From the NCBI RefSeq assembly GCF_006345805.1, contig NC_043003.1, forward strand, positions 11,904,001-11,968,000: a stretch of 64,000 bases of DNA, given 5' to 3'. The DNA is from Octopus sinensis. Taxonomy: Eukaryota. Of the stretch, positions 1 to 13,809 are shown one piece after another. Below the pieces are notes generated by a model. It saw only the letters and a list, made by a program, of their open reading frames with translations. It searched no databases and was not told the origin of the DNA. A program made the translations under genes and the position numbers. The first letter of the stretch is position 1. Each line of letters starts with the position of its first letter.

Positions 1-383
1 ACACAGAAGAGACAAACAAGGACAGACAAACAGATTAAATCGATTATATCGACCCCAGTACGTAACTGGTACTTATTTAATCGACCCTGAAAAGATAAAA
101 CGCTAAGTCGACCTCGGCGGAATTTGAACTCAGAACGTAACGGCATGCGAAATACCTATTTCTTTACTACCCACAAGGGGCTAAACACATAGAAGACAAA
201 CAAGGACAGACAAACGGATTAAGTCGATTACATCGACCCCAGTGCGTAACTAGTACTTAATTTATCGACCCCGAAAAGATGAAAGGCAAAGTCGACCTCG
301 GCGGAATTTGAACTCAGAACGTAACGGCAGACGAAATACCGCTAAGCATTTTGCACTGCGTGCTAACGTTTCTGCTACCTCCA
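1..383 (-). mobile_element. SINE family A (tRNA head, Meta-domain-like core), dimer, cut by window start
   Basis: Two reverse-complement copies of GTTCTGAGTTCAAATTCCGCCGAGGTCGACTTTGCCTTTCATCCTTTCGGGGTCGAT...AAGTACCAG joined at aaagaaata|ggtatttcg. Confidence 0.9.
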
Positions 384-1202
384 CGTCTTGAGATTGTTTC
401 TATATTCTTTTCTACTTTAATACATTAAAAACCTTTTTTTTTTTTTCTGAATATGCGTAGCTGAAATTAGGATGCGACTAATATGTCTCTGCACCTTTTA
501 TGCCATCAAACACGGTAATTTAAAAATGTGATGATCAGATATCCGGAAAATTCAGTTATCCAGCAACCCTCCGGTCCTTCTGGTGTCGGATAGTTGGGAG
601 TTTACAATATACAATATATGGAAAATTCTGCAAGAATGAAACCTAGAAGATTGACTCTGTAATTACTGAATACATTTTTTTTTTATATTCCTTCATTATG
701 CTCTCATTCTACTTTCAATTAAAATGCAAAATAATTAAGATAATTAAATAACATACATGTTATTTTTTTTATAATTATGTTTTGATTTTAAATACAATAT
801 AAATTTATGAGTTTACTCCAAAACATTATTTTTAAAATTTTTCTGTGGTTTTATTTTAACTACAAAACAATGATCATCTACTTCCTTTAAAGTTGTATTT
901 TCCCTATGTTTTGGTTTTTCAACACAAAGCAACAATTATGCACTTCCTTTCAAAATTGTATCTTCCTTGTATTTTCATTTCAGACACACAATAACAACTA
1001 TTTACATCCTTTCGGTGCGTATTGTCTTTGTATTTTCATTTTAAATACACAATAACAATTATTATGTACTTCCTGTTAAGACTGTATCATCCTTGTGTTT
1101 AGACTTCGAATAAAATAATGAAAAAAAAAAAAAAAATAGTGAAAATTTAAAACGAAACTGAAATTGCTTGCTATTGCCCTGACGATTATATGTGCTTATA
1201 AG

Positions 1203-1602
1203 GGGGCGAGCTGGCAGAAACGTTAGCACGCCGGGCGAAATGCTTAGCAGTATTTCATCTGCCGCTACGTTCTGAGTTCAAATTCCGCCGAGGTCGACTT
1301 TGCCTTTCATCCTTTCGGGGTCGATAAATTAAGTACCAGTTACGCACTGGGGTCGATGTAATCGACTTAATCCCTTTGTCCTTGTTTGTCCCTTCTATGT
1401 TTAGCCCCTTGTGGGCAGTAAAGAAATAGGTATTTCGTCTGCCGCTACGTTCTGAGTTCAAATTCCGCCGAGGTCGACTTTGTCTTTCATCCTTTCGGGG
1501 TCGATAAAATAAAGTACCAGTTACGCACTGGGTCGATGTAATCGATTTAATCCCTTTGTCTGTCCCCTCTATGTTTAGCCCCTTGTGGGCAATAAAGAAA
1601 TA
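1203..1602 (+). mobile_element. SINE family A dimer with target-site duplication
   Basis: Head GGCGAGCTGGCAGAAACG (A box) and GAGTTCAAATTCC (B box); core GCCTTTCATCCTTTCGGGGTCGATAAA..AGTACCAG resembles the MetaSINE/Sauria-SINE central domain; TSD TATATGTGCTTA at 1187-1198 and 1603-1614. Confidence 0.93.
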
Positions 1603-1991
1603 TATATGTGCTTACCACTCCCGCCACCAATCTCGGAACTTTAAAACCTAGTGAAACTCATGGATATATGAGCATATGTATGTGTATGTTTGTGCGTGTG
1701 TATGTGCGTGCGTGTTCGTTCGTATGTGTTTCTGTGCGCGCGTGTTTGGGTGAGTGTGTGCCTGTGTGTGTGTGAAATATAATTTTTTAATCCATTTTTG
1801 AGACTTTTTCCTCGCTTCTCTGCAAAAGAGATATTTTGCGTCACTTTTAATACACACGCACACACACACAACTGCTTTCCCACTTTGGCTCCTTACTCCC
1901 GGTTTTTCCTGTTCTTTCCTCCAATAATTTTCTCTCATTCAATCTCTAACTCTAGTTTTCTTCTGATGAAAGTAGAATGTCCGAAACGTCA

Positions 1992-2037
<46 letters not shown>

Positions 2038-2218
2038 TTATTATCAACACTACTAAGGCAGTAATCTGGCACTATCGTCAACACACCCAACAAAATGGTT
2101 AGTCGCATTTCTTCCGACTTTATATTCTGAGTTCAAACAAATTCCATCAAGATCGACTTTGGATTTCATCCTTTCGGGGTCGATAAAATATAACAACAAT
2201 AGCAACAACAGCAGCAGC

Positions 2219-2275
<57 letters not shown>

Positions 2276-2330
2276 AACAACAACAACAACAACAACAATA
2301 ATAAAAATAATGATAATAATAATAATAATA

Positions 2331-3632
2331 AAAGAACTCGTGCAGGAACAAACTTACAAATACCTCGGAATAGATGAGCATGAAAGAGAAGATCAGCAAG
2401 GAATGTTACAGGAGAGTTCGAGTAATCCTGAAATCCGAGTTAAATGCACGTAACAAGATGTTAGCTTTAAATTCCTTTGAACTTCCGGTTGTTATTTACA
2501 GTTTCAATGTGTTGAAGTAGAATATGAGCGAAATAAGGAAGATCGACAGGAAGATCCATAAGCTGGTGACTTTTAATAAGATGCACCACCCAAAAGCAGG
2601 CCCAGAGCTCAAGGAGGTCGAGGCTTGATCCAATTTGAAATCTCTTACAAAACCATCACAATTGGACTGGGAAAATATCTTGAAACATCTAAAGACTGGA
2701 TGCTAAAGCTCGTTGAAAACCACGCAAGATGTAAGAAACTATTCTGTTATGAAGGATAGCAAAAAAGTTTCAAATGAGTTTAAGCATAATACCAAGGGTG
2801 AACATAACTATGGAAGTGCGGCAACCGTAGTTGCAAAGAAGGTGAAATCAATAGCAAAGCAAAATGCGTTTGAACAATTGGCTGTTAGGTGGGAACAAAA
2901 ACCTTTGCATGGTAAATATGTGGTCCATAGCAAACAAGGTGATATAAACCCATCAGTGGCCACAGAGCTCAGGGCTAAAGGCAAAGAGTGAAGGCTTTAT
3001 CTTGGCTGCTCAAGATCAGTCCTTATTGACCCGGAAGTATCAGTCCAATGTGATGAAAAATGGTGTAGACTCAGAGTGCTGATACTGCAACAGTGGGATA
3101 GAAACAGTGGACCACTTAATCTCTGGATGTAAGGTCTTAGCACCTGCAGAGTACAAATCAAGACATGACAGAGTTGGCCAATATCTACACGGTTAATGTG
3201 TCAGCATTATAAAATCAAAACTGCTGACAAATGGTACAAGCACCACCCTGAGGCTGTAACTGAGGGAGAAAATGTAACTGTTCTTTGGGACTTCGCAGTA
3301 TGTACAGACCAGACCATCAAAGCAAACAAACCAGATATTGTGTGAAAGACCAAAACAATAAAGTCTGTTTATTGATTGACATGAGCATACCCTATGACCA
3401 AAATATTTCGACAAAAGAATTTGGTAAGCTCAGAAAATATAAAGATTTGCTAATCGAAATCAAAAGGATTTGGTATCTCAAGACGGTTACAATACCAGTA
3501 ATTGTAAGAGCACTTGGAATGATCAAAAAAGGAACGGAAAATTATTTAAGAATGATTCCTGGCTTACCATCCATGTAAGAAGTGCAAAAGATTGCCTTAA
3601 CTGGTACGTCACACATATTGAGAAGAGCATTG
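2331..3632 (+). mobile_element. Degenerate 5'-truncated R4/Dong-type non-LTR retrotransposon (RT C-terminus, CCHC knuckle, restriction-like endonuclease)
   Basis: Frameshifted translation gives MHHPKA, LHGKY, EGFILAAQDQSL, C-x-x-C...ETVDHLISGC, RHDRVG, LWDF, ANKPDIV, LIDMSIP, KYKDL, IPVIVRALG, GTSHILRR; starts directly after a (CAA)n/(TAA)n tract. Confidence 0.93.
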
Positions 3633-4135
3633 TTCTGAGTTCAAATTCCGCCGAGGTCGACTTTGCCTTTCATCCTTTCGGGGTCGATTAAATAAGTACC
3701 AGTTACGCACTGGGGTCGATATAATCGACTTAATCCGTTTGTCTGTCCTTGCTTGTCTCCTCTGTGTTTAGCCCCTTGTGTGTAGTAAAGAAATAGGTAT
3801 TTCGTCTGTCTTGACGTTCAGAATTCAAATTCTGCCGAGGTCGACTTTGCCTTTCATCCTTTCGGGGTCGATTAATAAGTACCAGTTACGCACTGGGGTC
3901 GATATAATCGACTTAATCCGTTTGTCTGTCCTTGCTTGTCCCCTCTATGTTTAGCCCCTCGTGTGCAATAAAGAAATAAGAAACGTTTGCACGCCGCGAA
4001 ACTAAAATGCTGTGCTCCGATATTTGTTCCGACAGTTTACATTCCGGGTTGAAATTCCACCATTAATTAGCTCTGCTTTTTGCCCCCACTTACGAGGTCG
4101 ATTAAATAAAGTACTCTATATGCACTAGAATCGAT
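3631..4135 (+). mobile_element. SINE family A multimer (two young units running into one old diverged unit)
   Basis: Junctions aaagaaata|ggtatttcg (~3794) and aaagaaata|agaaacgtt (~3977); third unit highly diverged. Confidence 0.88.
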
Positions 4136-4655
4136 GGTATTAGCTCAGGCTCCCTTCACAAAATTATTCACTCTGTACCTAAATCAGAAACCAATTCTCA
4201 CTACAGTTATATTTTACAATTTCCACCACAACCATCATCACCACCACAGTGTTTTGGGGCTAAAAACAAAACATCACACGCAAACACTTTCCGGTTATTG
4301 TTATTTGGATAAAAATCGTGTCATTGGTATTTTCCAGCTGCTCATTGTTTTCTCGACTTCTGTATAAGCTGTACTATTGGTTGTAGAAGATAACTAGGTA
4401 ACTAAACAGTCACTATAAGAAAATTCAGTTACGTGTATGTGTGTGTGTGTGCGTGCATCTGTGTGTGTGTGTGTGTCATTTTGTAAGGCGATGAAAACAC
4501 AAATCTTGAATTCTGTCATTTTCTTTGTACTTCAATCTCGGAATAAAATTACAACGATTCAAAATGCTTCTGTATTGCTAATCCGCATCTTTTCAGAATA
4601 AACACGAAGCCCGTTCGGTAGTCTACCTTTTCCGCAATATGATGATGATGATAGC

Positions 4656-4736
<81 letters not shown>

Positions 4737-4749
4737 AATAATAATAACA

Positions 4750-4829
<80 letters not shown>

Positions 4830-4833
<4 letters not shown>

Positions 4834-5048
4834 CTCTATGTAATCTCAAGGTTTAAAACAAACATAATTTTCGGTTTAAAAAAAAAAAAAAAAACTTTTT
4901 TTAGACATTCATTAGTACAACATCCCCACCCCCCAAATATATGGCACACTAGGCATAACAACATGAACTTCCAACCCTGTTGTCTCTTGAGGTCTCTGGG
5001 TGAGACTTGGAGCCAACTTGTACAAATATAAAGCAAAAGTCAAACATA

Positions 5049-5052
<4 letters not shown>
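4830..5052 (+). mobile_element. R4/Dong-type LINE 3' UTR fragment embedded in (AAT)n
   Basis: Homologous to 27990-28185 (TTGTTGTCTCTTGAGGTCTCTGGGTGAG.CTTGGAGCCAACTTGTACAAAT..AAAGCAAAAGTCAAACAT), which follows the stop codon of an RLE-encoding fragment; (AAT)n on both sides. Confidence 0.85.
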
Positions 5053-5124
<72 letters not shown>

Positions 5125-5605
5125 CTCTTTTATCTCTTTTACTTGTTTCAGTCATTTGACTGTGGCCATGCTGGAGCACCGCCTTTAGTCGAGCAAATCG
5201 ACCCCAAAACTTATTCTTTGTAAGCCTAGTACTTATTCTATCGGTTCTCTTTCGCCGAACCGCTAAGTTACGGGGACGTAAACACACCACCATCGGTTGT
5301 CAAACGATGTTGGGGGGACAAAACATATACAAACATATACACACACATACATACATACATACATATACATAAAATTTTTTTCGAAAAAAATTCTTTTCCA
5401 AAAAAATCTTATCAATGGCCAGCATATTAAAAATTATCTTTAAAGGTTAAATTTATAAACAATTCATAAATAAGGGCAAACGAAAAAATTTCTAATGCCA
5501 AATATGCCGAAAAATTGGACATATTGTCCATTAACCATTAATTTTTTCACAATTCGCACGCTACTCGAAAAAAGGTCGACAGAAATTTCTAAAAAATTCC
5601 ATTAT

Positions 5606-5663
5606 TACCATATCGGACCGATGTCAGGGTTAGCTTATAACAGCCCTCCCTTCGTCAGTGATA
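5606..5663 (-). ncRNA. Type I hammerhead ribozyme motif, GAAA box variant (GACA)
   Basis: Minus strand: TATCA-CTGACGA-AGGG...CCCT-GACA-TCGG-T-CCGA-TA-TGGTA; stems I, II and III all pair. Confidence 0.7.
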
Positions 5664-6452
5664 CATGTGGCAAAAGAAATAAATGAGATACTTACTCATA
5701 CCCATGGAAGAAGCAAACACTAAGTCATGAGCACAATTAAGTACCCCAAATACATCCAAAATAGAAATACTGAAGCCCATTCGAGACACGTGCGATTTGA
5801 ACTGATGCTCTCACAGAGTGAAAGAGTCCGGAAGTGAACGCTTAAATTTATATCTTAATGTAGGATAAAATTTTTTTCGAAAAAAATTATTTTCCAAAAA
5901 AAATCTTATCAATGGCCAGCATATTAAAAAAATACCTTTAAAGGTTAAATTTATAAACAATTCATAAATAAGGGCAAACGAAAAAATTTCTAATGCCAAA
6001 TATGCCGAAAAATTGGACATATTGTCCATTAACCATTACTTTTTTCACATATTGTCCATTGTTAATGGACAATATGTCCATCAGCATCATAAACAACTTT
6101 TGGTGGCTATACCAGAAAAAGGAGCTATTTTTAGCACTAGAGTTAACCACTTTTAACTAGAGTTAATCACTCTTATATTTAAGTATAAATTTGTATTGTC
6201 TCCCTGTTTTTTTATGTGCTAAACCACTTGGTGTTAAACTGATGGTATTATTAAATTAATATCTAATTTTTCACCCTCATTCATAAATTTATAAATTTAA
6301 TGATGCTGCAGTAAATATTATATGCAGTATTCGTTTCCACTAAGTCTTACCATGCTTTTGGCGGGGAATCTGAATCACAACTATGAATGCAATCGATTAA
6401 ACCGCATGGGTATTTGACGCTCGTGAGGGTCTAATAAATTGTATCGAAGACA

Positions 6453-6531
6453 AACCTCCGCTGATGATTTATAGATAAATATGTGAGTAAAATTGCATAT
6501 TATATTAATAATGAAACAATTGTTCGGGGTT
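6453..6531 (+). ncRNA. Type I hammerhead ribozyme motif, intact core, long AU-rich stem II
   Basis: AACCTCCG-CTGATGA-(stem II with AATATGTGA/TTGCATATT)-GAAA-CAATTG-TT-CGGGGTT; palindromic stem III; base of stem II imperfect. Confidence 0.65.
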
Positions 6532-6676
6532 AATCTATTTTTTCGTTGTATTTCACTTTCCTTACGTTGAATGTAATGTTATTTCTTAATGGAAACAACT
6601 TTTGGTGGCTATACCAGAAAAAGGAGCTATTTTTAGCACTAGAGTTAACCACTTAGCGTAACTCTCTTATATTTAA

Positions 6677-6725
<49 letters not shown>

Positions 6726-6814
6726 ATATATATATACGACGGTTTCTTTCAGTTTCCGTCTACCACATCCACTCACAAAGCTTAGGTCGGCCCGAGGCTA
6801 TAGTATAAGTCACT

Positions 6815-7082
6815 TGGTTCGTTCAACATCCTTAAACAATCCTTATTCAGGGACCTTTTGAGCGGGGTGGTCTACTCGCTCAGAAGAAAATTCTAACTGG
6901 GCCTCACCTGCAAGGTCATGCGCTGTTTATCTTGATATGAGATCACCATGTCGCGCACATATGGTTGTGATGCATGTGTCTGGTGTACCCTTATCAGACG
7001 GGGTGTCATGGTGGGTATACTGGGCTTCGTATATTTTACACCAGTGTCACTTTGATCGCACCCACTGCTCTTTCTCACTCAA
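6815..7082 (+). mobile_element. Retroelement 3' fragment ending in (AAT/ACT)n, probably R4/Dong-type 3' UTR
   Basis: Highly similar to 32822-33084, which is flanked by (AAT)n on both sides. Confidence 0.7.
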
Positions 7083-7087
7083 TACTA

Positions 7088-7128
<41 letters not shown>

Positions 7129-8464
7129 TGCTGCTATCACTACTACTCCTACTATACTACTACTACTACTACTAATAATAATAATAAAATAATAATAATA
7201 ATATAATAATAATAATCCTTTCTATAATAAGCACAAAACCTGAAAATTTGGGGGAGGGGACTAGTCGATTACACTGATTCCAGTGCTGAAGAAGAAGAAG
7301 AAGAAGAGAAGAAGAAGAGAAGAAGAAGAATTGTTTCTAATATAGAAACACTAGTTAATTATATCGACCCCTAATATTTGATTGGTGGTATTTTTAATCG
7401 ACCTGAAGCCCAGCAACACAAGATGAAAACGGTTCGAGTGGAATTTCGAAGACAAGGGAGTGTTTCAATGAATACGGACATAGATTTATAAAGCGCAAAT
7501 GAGAATACGTTATTTCTATGTTTTAACACCATAAAATGGCAGACACCCACATAGAGATACGCAGACATACATACACACACAGATACACACAGATTTATGT
7601 ACTCACCCGCTCACACACACGCATGTATACACATCTCTCAAATACAGTTCATGTGACAAGAAAGAGTGACAGAGAGAGAAGGAGACAGACAAACAGACAG
7701 ACAGACAGGAGAAGCGGAACTTCATACGTAAATAGCAAGTCACGAGGAGCAAAAGGGGGAAGAACGCAAGAGACAATAGCGATCATAAGATATGATCACT
7801 AGCGTCCCCACACCACAGTCAAAATAATAAAAACAAGAACACAGCAAAATATATCTACGTCGCATATGAGACGTTTTGACACTGCTGTCTCGGCGCCGCT
7901 TATTTGGCGCCGCTGATTCGACGCTGACTTACTTGACATCAGATATTTTAATGTTTCTCTCGTTTTAATACTTATTTCTCTCTCTTGTCTCCCTCTCTCT
8001 TTCTCTCTCGCTTCTCTTCTCTCCCTCTCTCACTCTTTCTCGCTTCTCGTCTCTCTCTCATTTCTCTTGTCACGCTCTCGTTTTTCTTCTCTCTCTCTCC
8101 CCTCTCTCCCTCTGTTTATATGTGTGAACATATTTCTCTTTATATGTATGAAGAGAGAGTATTTCTGTCAATAGTGTTCAATAAATTAATTGTAATTTCT
8201 CTCACACTTTCCCTCCCCATCTCTGTCTGTCTCTCTCCCCCTCTCTCTCATTCACTCGTTCACTCTGCATGTGCATATTTCTGCGAGCGCGTGGATGCAT
8301 GCCTACACTCGCGTTTGTATGTGTGCGTACTTCTAGTGCCAAAAAGTACAATCAACAAAACAGTCCCAATGCCCAGTCAGTCGTACCAAATCGACATACA
8401 TACATACATACACAGATATAAATACATGTATGCATGTATGTATGTATGTATGTATGTATGCATC

Positions 8465-8498
<34 letters not shown>

Positions 8499-8662
8499 TG
8501 TATGTATGTATGTATGTATACGTGAGTGTAGGTGTGTGACAGGTTTAGACTCACTGCGTGACATCTTGGGCAAATGTCTTCTACTATAGCCTCGGACTGA
8601 CCATAACCTCGTGGGTGGATTTGGAAGACGACAACTGAAAGAGACCCATTGTATATATGTGT

Positions 8663-9040
8663 GTGGCTGTGTGGTAAGAAGCTTGCTTCCCAACCACATG
8701 GTTCTGGGTTCAGTCCCACTGCGTGGCACCTTGGGTAAGTGACTTCAACTACAGCCTCGAGCCGATCAAAGCCTTGTGAGTGCATTTGGTAAACGGAAAC
8801 TGAAAGAAGCCCAGCGTGTGTGTGTGTGTGTGTGTGTATGTTTGTGTGTCTGTGTTTGTCCCCTACCATCGCTTGACAACCGATGTTGCTGTGTTAACGT
8901 CATCGTAACTTAGCGGTTCGGCAAAAGAGACCGATAGAATAAGTGCTAGGCTTACAAAGAATAAGTCCTGGGGTGGATTCGTTCGACTAAAGACGGTGCT
9001 CTAGCATGGCCGCAGCCAAATGCCTGAAACAAGTAAACGA
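8663..9040 (+). mobile_element. SINE family B (tRNA head, CORE-like ACCTTGGGCAAGT motif, internal (TG)/(TA) microsatellite), preceded by a partial older copy at ~8535-8655
   Basis: TGGCTGTGTGGTAAG (A box), GGTTCAGTCCC (B box), tail GGTGCTC.AGCATGGCCGCAG..AAATG.CTGAAACAAGTAAA. Confidence 0.88.
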
Positions 9041-9262
9041 AAAAAAAGGATTAAAAGAATATGTATGTATGTATGTATATATGTATGTATCTATGTATGT
9101 GTATGTAATTGTGTATGCATCTATGAGTATACATAGGGAAATCTGCTACAGTAAACATGTACACGTCACACTCACCAATCCCTTTATCGTTAACAACCTC
9201 ACAATATACAGACACAGACACACCCATATAGACACATATGGGTACACATTCACTTGTTCGTT

Positions 9263-9641
9263 TATTCTCTTACTTGTTTCAGTCATTTGGCTGCGGCCAT
9301 GCTGGAGCACTGCCTTTAGTCGAACAAATCGACCCCAGGACTTATTCTTTGTAAGCCTAGTACTTTATCGGTTTCTTTTGCCGAACCGCTAAGTTACGGT
9401 GACGTAAACACAGCAACATCGGTTGTCAAGCGATGGTGGGGGACAAACACAGACACACAAACATATATACACACACACATACGCTGGGCTTCTTTCAGTT
9501 TCCGTTTACCAAATGCACTCACAAGGCTTTGATCGGCTCGAGGCTGTAGTAAAAGACACTTACCCAAGGTGCCACGCAGTGGGACTGAACTCAGAACCAT
9601 GTGGTTGGGAAGCAAGCTTCTTACCACACAGCCACTCCTGC
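9263..9641 (-). mobile_element. SINE family B, inverted relative to and sharing variants with the 8663-9040 copy
   Basis: Full reverse-complement match to family B; shares AGCCGATCAAAGCC, GTGCATTTGGTAAAC, AAGCCCAGCG and GATGTTGCTGTG variants with the neighbour. Confidence 0.9.
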
Positions 9642-10229
9642 GTCACACGCAATGACAGAAACATATGTTCACACACACGTCTGTCTATGTGTGTGTATGT
9701 ATATACATTTATGTATATATATGTGCATAAATGTACACACACACACACATATTTATATACACACACACACACATATATGCACACTTATATCTATATATAT
9801 ATGCATACATGAAGATACTTCCTGTTTATATGTCTCTTTCGAATGAATTCCTTCCCGTAGTTTTCAAAGCCAACCTAAAAGTTATTAGCAAATGGAAGCA
9901 GACGATAGTTTACTGTATACCAGACGACAGATGTTCTCACTTCCGGTCAAATCGGAGGTTTGGGTCAGGAAGAGGGTTGCTGTTCACATCCTCCTTTTTG
10001 TTTGTTTGCTTGTTCGTTGCACACGACTCTCTACTTTCCTCCTTTCCTCTCCTTCTCCACTCTCTCACGTTAATTTCCTCACTCTCACTTTCACCCGTGC
10101 ACTCACTCCCTCTCTATGTATGTATGTGTCTCTCGTTCTCTTCTTATACTTTTTTACTCTGTCTTCCTCATGCAGCTTCTCCTTTTCCCATGCTTTCATA
10201 CACGCGATCACACGCGCGCGCGCGCATAT

Positions 10230-10424
10230 TTCTTTACTTGTTTTAGTCATTCGGCTGTGGCCATGCTGGGGCACCACCTTGAACGTAATAATCGAACAAA
10301 CCGACTTATTTTTCTGTCTGAAACTTATTCTATCTGTCTCACTCGGTGAACCACTAAGTAACAGGAACGTAAACGAGCCAACATCGGTTGCCAAGCGGTG
10401 GCGAGACAAACACAAAGACAGCAG

Positions 10425-10455
<31 letters not shown>

Positions 10456-10625
10456 CATACACAGAACGGGCTTCTTTCACTTTCCGTCAACCAACTCCAT
10501 TCACAAAGCTTTGGTTGGCCTGGAGCTATAGTAGATGACACTTGCTCGAGGTACCACAGAGTGGGACTGAACCCACATCCAAATGGTTATGAAACTAATT
10601 TCTTACCATACACTGTGCCTGCACC
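10230..10625 (-). mobile_element. SINE family B, older diverged copy
   Basis: Diverged but colinear with the other family B copies. Confidence 0.8.
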
Positions 10626-10904
10626 TTCTCAACTTCCTTTTCTTTTTTACGAACTTTCTTACCCCAAGCAAATTGGAGAACAGCTTCCATGCGGTCACTG
10701 AAGTTGCTAAAAATACCAACGATGACCTATCATAAATCACATCCTATCGACTTGAGTAAAGTAAAGTTACATCAGATAATGTAGTCTAGAGATCCTTAAG
10801 GGTAAGGTAGCGTAGCCCTGTCCAGGATGCCTTTGTTCATACCATTGGTCTGCTCGACTACGGTTAGCCTAGGGTTAAACATAAACTCATAATCACATAC
10901 ACAA

Positions 10905-10927
10905 TCTCTCTCTCCTATCTATCTATC

Positions 10928-10992
<65 letters not shown>

Positions 10993-11105
10993 TTACCTAC
11001 CTACCTACCTACCTACCTACCTACCTACCTACCCACCTACCTGTTTGACTGTGTGTCTGTCCCTCTGTCTATCTATCAGTCAATCCATCTTTGTCGGTCA
11101 GTCTG

Positions 11106-11139
<34 letters not shown>

Positions 11140-11161
11140 CATCCATCCATCCATCCGTCTA

Positions 11162-11225
<64 letters not shown>

Positions 11226-11290
11226 CCTACCTTTCTGACTGTATGTCTGTCCCTCTGTCTGTCTATCAGTCAATCCATCTTTGTCGGTCA

Positions 11291-11326
<36 letters not shown>

Positions 11327-12013
11327 GTCTATCTATCTATCTATACATCTTTCTATCTCTCTGTCTGTCTATCACTATACATCCCTTATATACAAAGTAC
11401 ACAGACTTTCTATATCAAACGACTGTCAAAGTGTCTCGCTTCCATACTTCTTCCCTCTTGCGTTAATTTCTTCATTTTGAATGCCATCTTTCTATCTTCC
11501 ACAACTCCAGTCTCTCTCTCTCATCCGCTTTTTTCCAAAACACGATCTCATACACACATGACCACCAAGCTTCCCCTCACACTCTATCGAGCTTTTTCTC
11601 TCACTCACTTTTTCGCAAACATATACACACACACACTCTCTCTGATGTCCATAAACACACATGACTCTCTGTTGTCCATGGGCAAACACACAAACACACA
11701 AATACACACACACACACTGTCTGCTATACCTAAACATACTCACACTCTCTGATGTCCATGAGCACAAACACAACCACACAATCTCTTAGATTCTGTGTTT
11801 CAGATAAACACACTCATCTCATTTTCTCACTCTCTCTCACTCTTTCTCTATCTCTCTCTTTCACTTAATTTCATCACCTTTCACATTTTGCCACTCCCTT
11901 CCTGAATATTTCTCTCTCTTCTCTCTTACTCGCTCTCTCTTCTCTCTTACTCGCTCTCTCTTTTTCTCTCTTACTCTCACACAATAATCTCCTCCTCCCT
12001 ATTTGTCTATTAG

Positions 12014-12044
<31 letters not shown>

Positions 12045-12869
12045 CAAAACTTACGTACACATACACACACACACACTGTCTGCTATACCTAAACATACTC
12101 ACACTCTCTGATGTCCATGAGCACAAACACAACCACACATCTCTTAGATTCTGTGTTTCAGATAAACAACACTCATCTCATTTTCTCACTCTCTCTCACT
12201 CTTTCTCTATCTCTCTCTTCACTTAATTCATCACATTTCACATTTTGCCACTCCCTTCCTGAATATTTCTCTCTCTTCTCTCTTACTCGCTCTCTCTTCT
12301 CTTCTTATCGCTCTCTCTTTTTCTCTTTACTCTCACACAATAATCTCCTCCTCCCTATTTGTCTATAGCTCTCTCTCTCTCTCTTTACCATAAACTTACG
12401 TACACATACACACACACACACAGACAGACTCAAACACGAAACACACAGACGTAAACACAAACACTAGACACACATACACACACAGACACAGACATAGACA
12501 CGCAGACACATGGATACCACACACATCGACACACAAACACAGACAACGTAACCTTGCTCTCTCACTCTATCTCTTTTTCACACACAAACACTATGACTCT
12601 TTCTCCCACCCGTTTCTCCGCCTCTCTCTGTCTTCCTCACTTCCTCTCTTTCCCCACAGACCACCACTCCTTCTTACCCTCTTCCATCGTCATCACACAC
12701 TTCCCACTCTGACTTCATTATTTTCACTTCCAGTTTTTCAGGACGACTTTTTTTTTTGTCAAAATGCTTCCGTTTTGCTTTATTTCCGTCTGTTTTCTCT
12801 TTTTCTCATTCTGTGTGCGCGCGTGCGCGTGTCTGTATGTGTGTATGTATGTCTGTGTATATATATTTG

Positions 12870-12900
<31 letters not shown>

Positions 12901-13654
12901 TAAACCGAAAGGCAAGACCATAGATATGTGTGTGGTGGTGTATGTATGTATGTATGTATATCTATATATATATTATACACACACAATATATGGATGTATA
13001 TACATATATAATATATATATGTATATAAATGTATATATACAACATAATATATATATATACACATATATATGTATATACATACATATATTAAGATGTATTA
13101 CATATACATATATAGACGTATATTATGTAATATATTTATACGCATATAATATATGTATATATATATATATATAATATATATATATATATGTATATATATA
13201 TATGTATGTATATATCTGAAATATATGTCTGCCAGTCTCTGTCTTTCTGTCTGCCTCATTGTCTGTATGTCCGTACGTACGTACGTACGTATGTATGTTT
13301 GTACGTACGTATGTATGTATGTATATATGTATGTGTGAAAGGTTCCATTTTACTTAACTGTTTGTCTACGTCTGGCTTCAATACTTCTCACTGTTTGTCT
13401 CTCTCTGTCTCTGATCATACACACACACACACGCACGCACACACACACCAATCTGATTATCTCCATTATTTATTCATTTTTCTCCTTCTCACTACTGCGC
13501 TTCCTCCTTCAATTTCTTTTTTTTTTCTTCCTTTTATTCTGTCATACGTTTCCTTCTTTTTCCAGTTTTCTTTACGTCTTCCGCTTTCACCCCCCCCGTT
13601 TCTCCTCCTTCTCCTCTCTTCAAACCAACCACCTCTATTTTCATGGAATACTTC

Positions 13655-13689
<35 letters not shown>

Positions 13690-13745
13690 ACCTATCTATC
13701 TGTCAATTTTTGTCTATCTATCTATATCTATCTATCTATCTATCG

Positions 13746-13809
<64 letters not shown>

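Larger units (their letters stand above)
5370..6682. mobile_element. Composite Penelope-like/retrozyme-like insertion: two direct-repeat-bounded units, each with a hammerhead motif
   Basis: Direct repeats ~5370-5548/~5866-6047 and ~6091-6186/~6593-6681; hammerhead cores at 5606-5663 (-) and 6453-6531 (+); ends in (TA)n. Confidence 0.7.
5124..6815 (-). mobile_element. SINE family B copy split at its internal microsatellite by a 1.3-kb insertion
   Basis: 3' part at 5124-5370, remainder resumes at ~6735-6815 after (TA)n. Confidence 0.85.

Noticed and set aside
1960-1992. CTGATGA...CCGAAACGTC hammerhead-like motif
   Set aside because: Core words are present but stems I and II do not pair well; counted only as a possible remnant.
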